DNA of 32,000 nt, taken from Gemmata obscuriglobus. Lineage in GTDB: Bacteria > Planctomycetota > Planctomycetia > Gemmatales > Gemmataceae. This document shows positions 28,177-32,000 of the stretch, in pieces (positions within the stretch are counted from its first letter, which is position 1; each line of letters begins with the position of its first letter). A model generated the notes under the pieces. The model worked only from the letters and a program-made list of their open reading frames with translations, did no database searches and had not been told where the DNA came from. The translations under genes were made by a program, and so were the position numbers. The stretch lies in contig NZ_CP042911.1 in the NCBI RefSeq assembly GCF_008065095.1, positions 6,990,001 through 7,022,000 of the forward strand. Reading direction: 5' to 3'.

Positions 28177-28342
28177 ATCTTATCTTCCCCGGCCATACCA
28201 CGTCTCAGTTCGGGAGACGATGGCGTTTGCCGGGCAGGAGTTAGCACCTGCATCCGAGACCCGAGTTGTGTGCTCGAATCGAAACGGACCGGTTGCTGTG
28301 GCGTCGTCGGGCCTGGCCCCTCAGCCACTCTGGATAAGATAC
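28177..28342 (-). promoter_or_regulatory. SAM-I (S-box) riboswitch aptamer
   Basis: The minus strand reads AUCUUAUC-CAGAG-UGGCUGAGGGGCCAGGCCCGACGACGCCAC-AGCAACC...GGUGCUAACUCCUGCC...GAAGAUAAGAU. This matches the conserved SAM-I core (UUAUCaAGAG, GAGGGA, GGCCC, GA-k-turn, GCAACC, GGUGCcAAuUCC, AGAUAAG). P1 is an 8-bp helix, AUCUUAUC with GAUAAGAU. P3 and P4 appear extended. Confidence 0.8.
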
Positions 28343-28393
28343 TCACCAACTTTAATTTTCAAAACGGCCGCTCGAACGCGGTGCGTTGGAAGA

Positions 28394-28422
28394 AGGATAC
28401 GGTGATTCTGCCGCCCTGGCAA
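28394..28422 (-). promoter_or_regulatory. Candidate promoter for the riboswitch-led operon
   Basis: The minus strand reads TTGCCA (28417-28422), a 17-nt spacer, then TATCCT (28394-28399), about 55 nt upstream of P1. This is pattern match only. Confidence 0.25.
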
Positions 28423-28524
28423 CGCAAATTAGGGAAAATTGCGTCGTGGCTCACACGTTCGGCGCGTCGTTAGCGCGCCGAGAACCGCGTTGACACCGCA
28501 CCCGGTCGCGGGTACGGAGCGGGC

Positions 28525-29763
28525 ATGGTCACGTTGCGCGGTTGCGCCCGCTGGGCGGTCTTCGTGCTCCCCGTCATCGGTCTGGCGGCGCTCCTCGGGT
28601 GCGCGCCGGCGCCGCGCCCCGACGGCACGTCCCCCCGCCCCCACCGGGCGATGGCGTCCGCCGACGGCCCGGTGATCGTCCCGCCGGGGGCGGTGCTGGC
28701 GAACCCGTCGGACCTCGACGCGGGGCTGCGCAAGCCCCGGCACGTGCTCGCCCTGTCCAGCGGCGGGCTCTACGGCGCGTACTCCGCCGGCGTCCTCGAC
28801 GGGTGGAGCCGGACCGGGCTGCGGCCCGAGTTCGACGTGGTCACCGGGACCAGCACCGGGGCGCTGATCGCCCCGTTCGCGTTCCTGGGCAGCCACTACG
28901 ACGCGCAATCGATGAAGCTCTACACGGGGGTGCGCGCCGAGGACATTTTCCGCGCCCGGGCGTGGATCACGATCCCGTTCCGCGACGCCCTCGCCACCTC
29001 CGCCCCGCTCAAAAAGCTGATCGAATCGCAGGTCAACCAGGACCTCATGGCGGCGATCGCCGCGGAGCACCGCAAGGGCCGCCGGCTGTACGTCGGGACG
29101 ACGGACCTGCGCACCAAACGGACGGTGATCTGGGACATGGGCGCGATCGCGTGCCGGCCGCCCTCCGAGGGGAGCGCGCTGTTCCGCGACGTGCTGCTGG
29201 CGTCCGCCTCGATCCCGGGCGTGGCCCCGCCGGTGCCGTTCCGCATCGAGGTCGACGGGCAGCAGGTCACCGAGTACCACACCGACGGCGGCATCACCGC
29301 GCCGCTGTTCGTCCCGCCGAACGTGTTCATGAGCGCCGCGCCCGAGCCGGGCGAGCCGCCGGCGTTCGCGGGCGCGGGGTTCTACGCCATCGTGGCCGGG
29401 AAGCTGTACCCGGACGAAGGGCCGGTGCGGCGCCGCATCCTCCCGGTCCTGGGGGCCAGCACCGCGGCGCTGCTCGCGGCCCACTGCCGGGCGGAGCTGG
29501 CGAACATGTACTGGCAGGCGCGGTACGCCGGGATGCGGTACCACATGATCGCGCTGAGCCAGGACGCGCACATTCAGCCCGATTCGGCCGTCAGCTTCGA
29601 CCAGGACCTGATGAAGCGGCTGTACGAAGAGGGCCGGCGCGACGGCGAGGGCGGGCCGAACTGGCTGTACTCCCCGCCGGCGCTCAGCCCGTGCGACGGC
29701 GACTACGCCCGCGGCAGCTCCCGGCTCCGGACCATGCCCACGGTTCCGATTTCGGTGCCGTAA
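28525..29763 (+). CDS. Patatin-like phospholipase, predicted lipoprotein (412 aa)
   Basis: Signal peptide with lipobox AALLGC. The oxyanion region is LSSGGLYGAYSAG, the GxSxG motif is GTSTG, and the catalytic Asp is in TDGG. Confidence 0.85.
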   Translation: MVTLRGCARWAVFVLPVIGLAALLGCAPAPRPDGTSPRPHRAMASADGPVIVPPGAVLANPSDLDAGLRKPRHVLALSSGGLYGAYSAGVLDGWSRTGLRPEFDVVTGTSTGALIAPFAFLGSHYDAQSMKLYTGVRAEDIFRARAWITIPFRDALATSAPLKKLIESQVNQDLMAAIAAEHRKGRRLYVGTTDLRTKRTVIWDMGAIACRPPSEGSALFRDVLLASASIPGVAPPVPFRIEVDGQQVTEYHTDGGITAPLFVPPNVFMSAAPEPGEPPAFAGAGFYAIVAGKLYPDEGPVRRRILPVLGASTAALLAAHCRAELANMYWQARYAGMRYHMIALSQDAHIQPDSAVSFDQDLMKRLYEEGRRDGEGGPNWLYSPPALSPCDGDYARGSSRLRTMPTVPISVP

Positions 29764-29790
29764 CGGTGAGGCGATCTGCGCCCGTCGCGC

Positions 29791-32000
29791 TCACGCCTGC
29801 GGGGCGGCGGGCGTCTCGCCCAGCACTTCGCCGCCGTGCTTGGCGATTTGCGCCCGCACCAGGGCCGCCAGGGCGACGTGAATTCGGTCGTTGGCGCCCG
29901 CCACCGTACACGTTCGCTCTTCGCCACCGGACCTGAACACCAGTTGCGACACGCACGCCCCCGCCTCGTGTGCGATCAGCACCCCGGCCGCCACGTCGTA
30001 GTCGTTCGCGGTGATGATCGCCCCGGCCCCGCCGCTCCCGGCCATGTACGCCAGGATGAGCGCCACCGACCCGCTGTTGCGCACCGCCGCGTTCCGCACC
30101 ACCAGTTCGCGGAACACCTCCGTCTGGGCACCCAGGTCGAGCCCGCGGGCCGAGTAATCGATGATCTGGTTGCGGAGCGGTTCGGCGGCGTCCACCGGCG
30201 CCGCGAACGCCGCCCCCCGGTGCTCGAAGTCGTTGCGCTCGATCACGAACGCCCCCTGCCCGCGCTCGGCCCAAAAAATGCGCCCCGACGCCGGGTGGCT
30301 CACCACGGCGTCGGTGGTGGACCACCCGGCCCCGGTCCACTCCTGGCACGCGAGCGAAACGCCGAACTCCTGCCGCCGGCCCAGGAAGTTGCGCGTCCCG
30401 TCGAGCGGGTCCACCAGAAAGCGGCGCGCGCCGGCGACCGGCGCGGTGTCGTCGGCGTCCCCGTGCTCTTCGCCGCAAAACCGGTACGCGGGGTAGTGCG
30501 CGTGCAGCACCCGCCGAACCCGCTCCTCGATCTCGTCGTCCACGGCACTCGCGATGTTGTGTTCGTCCTTGAACGTCGCGACCAGTTCGCCGGCGCCGCC
30601 GCGCGGGCCGAGCGAATGCGCCTCGAAGTGCCGCATGGCGATGGCGTTGGCCTCGAACGCGGCCTCGATCATCGCCCCGACGTGCCCGTAGTGCATGCCC
30701 CCCGGGAGCTTCCGCTTCACCACGCCGTCCCAGATCGGCTTCAGCACCGTGATGCGCGGGCTCACCTCCCCGCGCAGCGCCCCGAAGTACCGCCACATCT
30801 CTTTCCGCAGCGAGCCGTATTCGCCGAGCCACGCCCGCGGACCGTCCGGGTGCGCCCGGGCCTTCGCCACCAGCAGCCGCACGTACCGGGTGCTCCGGTC
30901 GGCGTCGCTGAGCCGGTCGGTGCGGCCGTCGAGCACGTCGCTCAACACCCCTTCGTAGCGGTCCAGCACGCCCTTGCAGTCGTCGTAGCGCCGCTCGAAC
31001 ACGTCGATCGCGTGCGGGGTGCGGAACTCCTCGCACAGCAGGTACCCGGCGATCATCCCGACCGACAAGTTCCGCCCGTGCTTCGGGTCGTACAGCCAGT
31101 CGTAGAAGCTCAGGATCTCGGTCAGCGTGTCGCGGTACCGGACGAGGCAGCCGCGCAACTGCTCGACCGCGAGGGCCGGGATCGTGGGCACGGTCGCGTC
31201 GTCGTCCGGGAGCCGCGCGTCCTCGAACAGTACCGGGAGCGCCCGCCCGGCCCGGTCGACCAGCGCCGGCCCGTGAACGTAGACCGTGGAGCAGAAGTCG
31301 CCGTTGGCGAACCCGGTCTCGGCGTTCGTCTCCACGAAGTGCGCGTCTTCGAGCGGTTGCGCGTAGGCGTCGCCCGACGTGAACGTCTCGGACGCGCCGC
31401 GCTCGATCGTCGCCTCGCCGAGGTAGGTTTTGCGGAGCGCCCCGCCGGCGTCGCGCCGGTAGCCCGCGTACACGGGCGCGGTGCGGCGGGTGTTCGCCCG
31501 GAGCGGGTCCGCGGGCGCGAGGTCCACGGCCGCGAGCAGGTCGCCGGACGGCCGGAACCCCGTGACGCGCCAGACGTGGTTGGTCAGCTCGCCGGTCACG
31601 ACCGCCGACGCCATCTCGAACCGGTGCAGGTGGAGCCGCTCGAGCGACGCGAAGTTGGCCCCGCGCCAGTACACGTGGAGCCGCAGCTTGAAGCCCGCCG
31701 CGCGGTCGTCGGCGAGCACGAGCTTGTCGAACCCGATCGGGTGCGGGTACGAACGGGCCGCGATCGCCTTCAGCGCCTCTTCGTCCGCGAGTACGGAATC
31801 GACGACCGCGCGGACGACCCGTTTGTCGGCGAAGGTCCAGGTGAGGGCGCGCAGCGCCTCAACGTCGCCGGCGCGGTGGGCGCGGAAGTACGCCCGGAGC
31901 AGGTGCGACGCGCGACCAAGCGTGGGGTCTGCGAGGAACTCGTCCAGCAGGACGACGAGCCCGGGGAACCGCTCGGCCCGCCGGACGAAATAGTCGCGGG
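29791..32000 (-). CDS. Large multidomain protein, 5' end outside the window: N-terminal region with a cupin-like (cysteine-dioxygenase-like) segment, an unassigned helical middle, and a C-terminal inositol monophosphatase/CysQ-family domain
   Basis: By my manual translation, the reading frame stays open from 31719 to the window edge (...FVRRAERFPGLVVLLDEF...KLVLADDRAAGF...). The GTG at 31719 in the track is therefore probably internal. IMPase motifs: FCGEEHG, VDPLDGTRNF and YDVAAG. The segment FKLRLHVYWRG...LHLHRFEMASAVVTGELTNHVW resembles a cupin/CDO pattern, which is a weak call. Confidence 0.7.
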   Translation of the reverse strand, partial: RDYFVRRAERFPGLVVLLDEFLADPTLGRASHLLRAYFRAHRAGDVEALRALTWTFADKRVVRAVVDSVLADEEALKAIAARSYPHPIGFDKLVLADDRAAGFKLRLHVYWRGANFASLERLHLHRFEMASAVVTGELTNHVWRVTGFRPSGDLLAAVDLAPADPLRANTRRTAPVYAGYRRDAGGALRKTYLGEATIERGASETFTSGDAYAQPLEDAHFVETNAETGFANGDFCSTVYVHGPALVDRAGRALPVLFEDARLPDDDATVPTIPALAVEQLRGCLVRYRDTLTEILSFYDWLYDPKHGRNLSVGMIAGYLLCEEFRTPHAIDVFERRYDDCKGVLDRYEGVLSDVLDGRTDRLSDADRSTRYVRLLVAKARAHPDGPRAWLGEYGSLRKEMWRYFGALRGEVSPRITVLKPIWDGVVKRKLPGGMHYGHVGAMIEAAFEANAIAMRHFEAHSLGPRGGAGELVATFKDEHNIASAVDDEIEERVRRVLHAHYPAYRFCGEEHGDADDTAPVAGARRFLVDPLDGTRNFLGRRQEFGVSLACQEWTGAGWSTTDAVVSHPASGRIFWAERGQGAFVIERNDFEHRGAAFAAPVDAAEPLRNQIIDYSARGLDLGAQTEVFRELVVRNAAVRNSGSVALILAYMAGSGGAGAIITANDYDVAAGVLIAHEAGACVSQLVFRSGGEERTCTVAGANDRIHVALAALVRAQIAKHGGEVLGETPAAPQA

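Noticed and set aside
28056-28349. 97-aa minus-strand ORF upstream of the ThrC-like gene.
   Set aside because: It coincides with the SAM-I aptamer and expression platform. Its composition is not protein-like.

Overview
This is a high-GC (roughly 65-70%) chromosomal window. The GroEL sequence, gene content and IS type suggest a planctomycete (Gemmata-like) origin, but that is inference only. Most long ORFs in the track are GC-rich shadow frames. I support about 30 real genes.

Gene content, left to right:
- a membrane-anchored DUF4340-like protein
- surE
- a two-component block: a PAS/HisKA_2 kinase, a REC-PAS-HK-REC hybrid, and a REC-RsbW-like kinase
- about 840 bp with no clean gene
- two translationally coupled SAM methyltransferases
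- fdxA, hemH, a hypothetical and a thiolase
- a low-GC nested inverted-repeat element
- a DNA-alkylation-repair-like HEAT protein followed by a cREC-like protein
- groES-groEL with strong hairpins downstream
- a BON protein
- a 1732-bp ISKra4-like IS with 19-bp terminal inverted repeats, a 9-bp target duplication and a doubly frameshifted transposase
- a class-V aminotransferase (cysteine desulfurase family)
- a Uma2 nuclease
- a SAM-I-riboswitch-led minus-strand operon (described below)
- a patatin lipoprotein
- a large cupin-like/IMPase fusion protein that runs off the window

The most interesting locus is 24323-28342. A convincing SAM-I aptamer sits in front of a ThrC homologue. That gene is followed by a small membrane protein, a MoaD/ThiS-type protein ending in GG, a second beta-grasp-like protein without GG, a Cys-free helical protein and a MoeB/ThiF-type E1. 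I interpret this as a sulfur-carrier-protein-dependent homocysteine/methionine branch with several unassigned partners.

All family assignments rest on motif recognition by eye. No searches were run.
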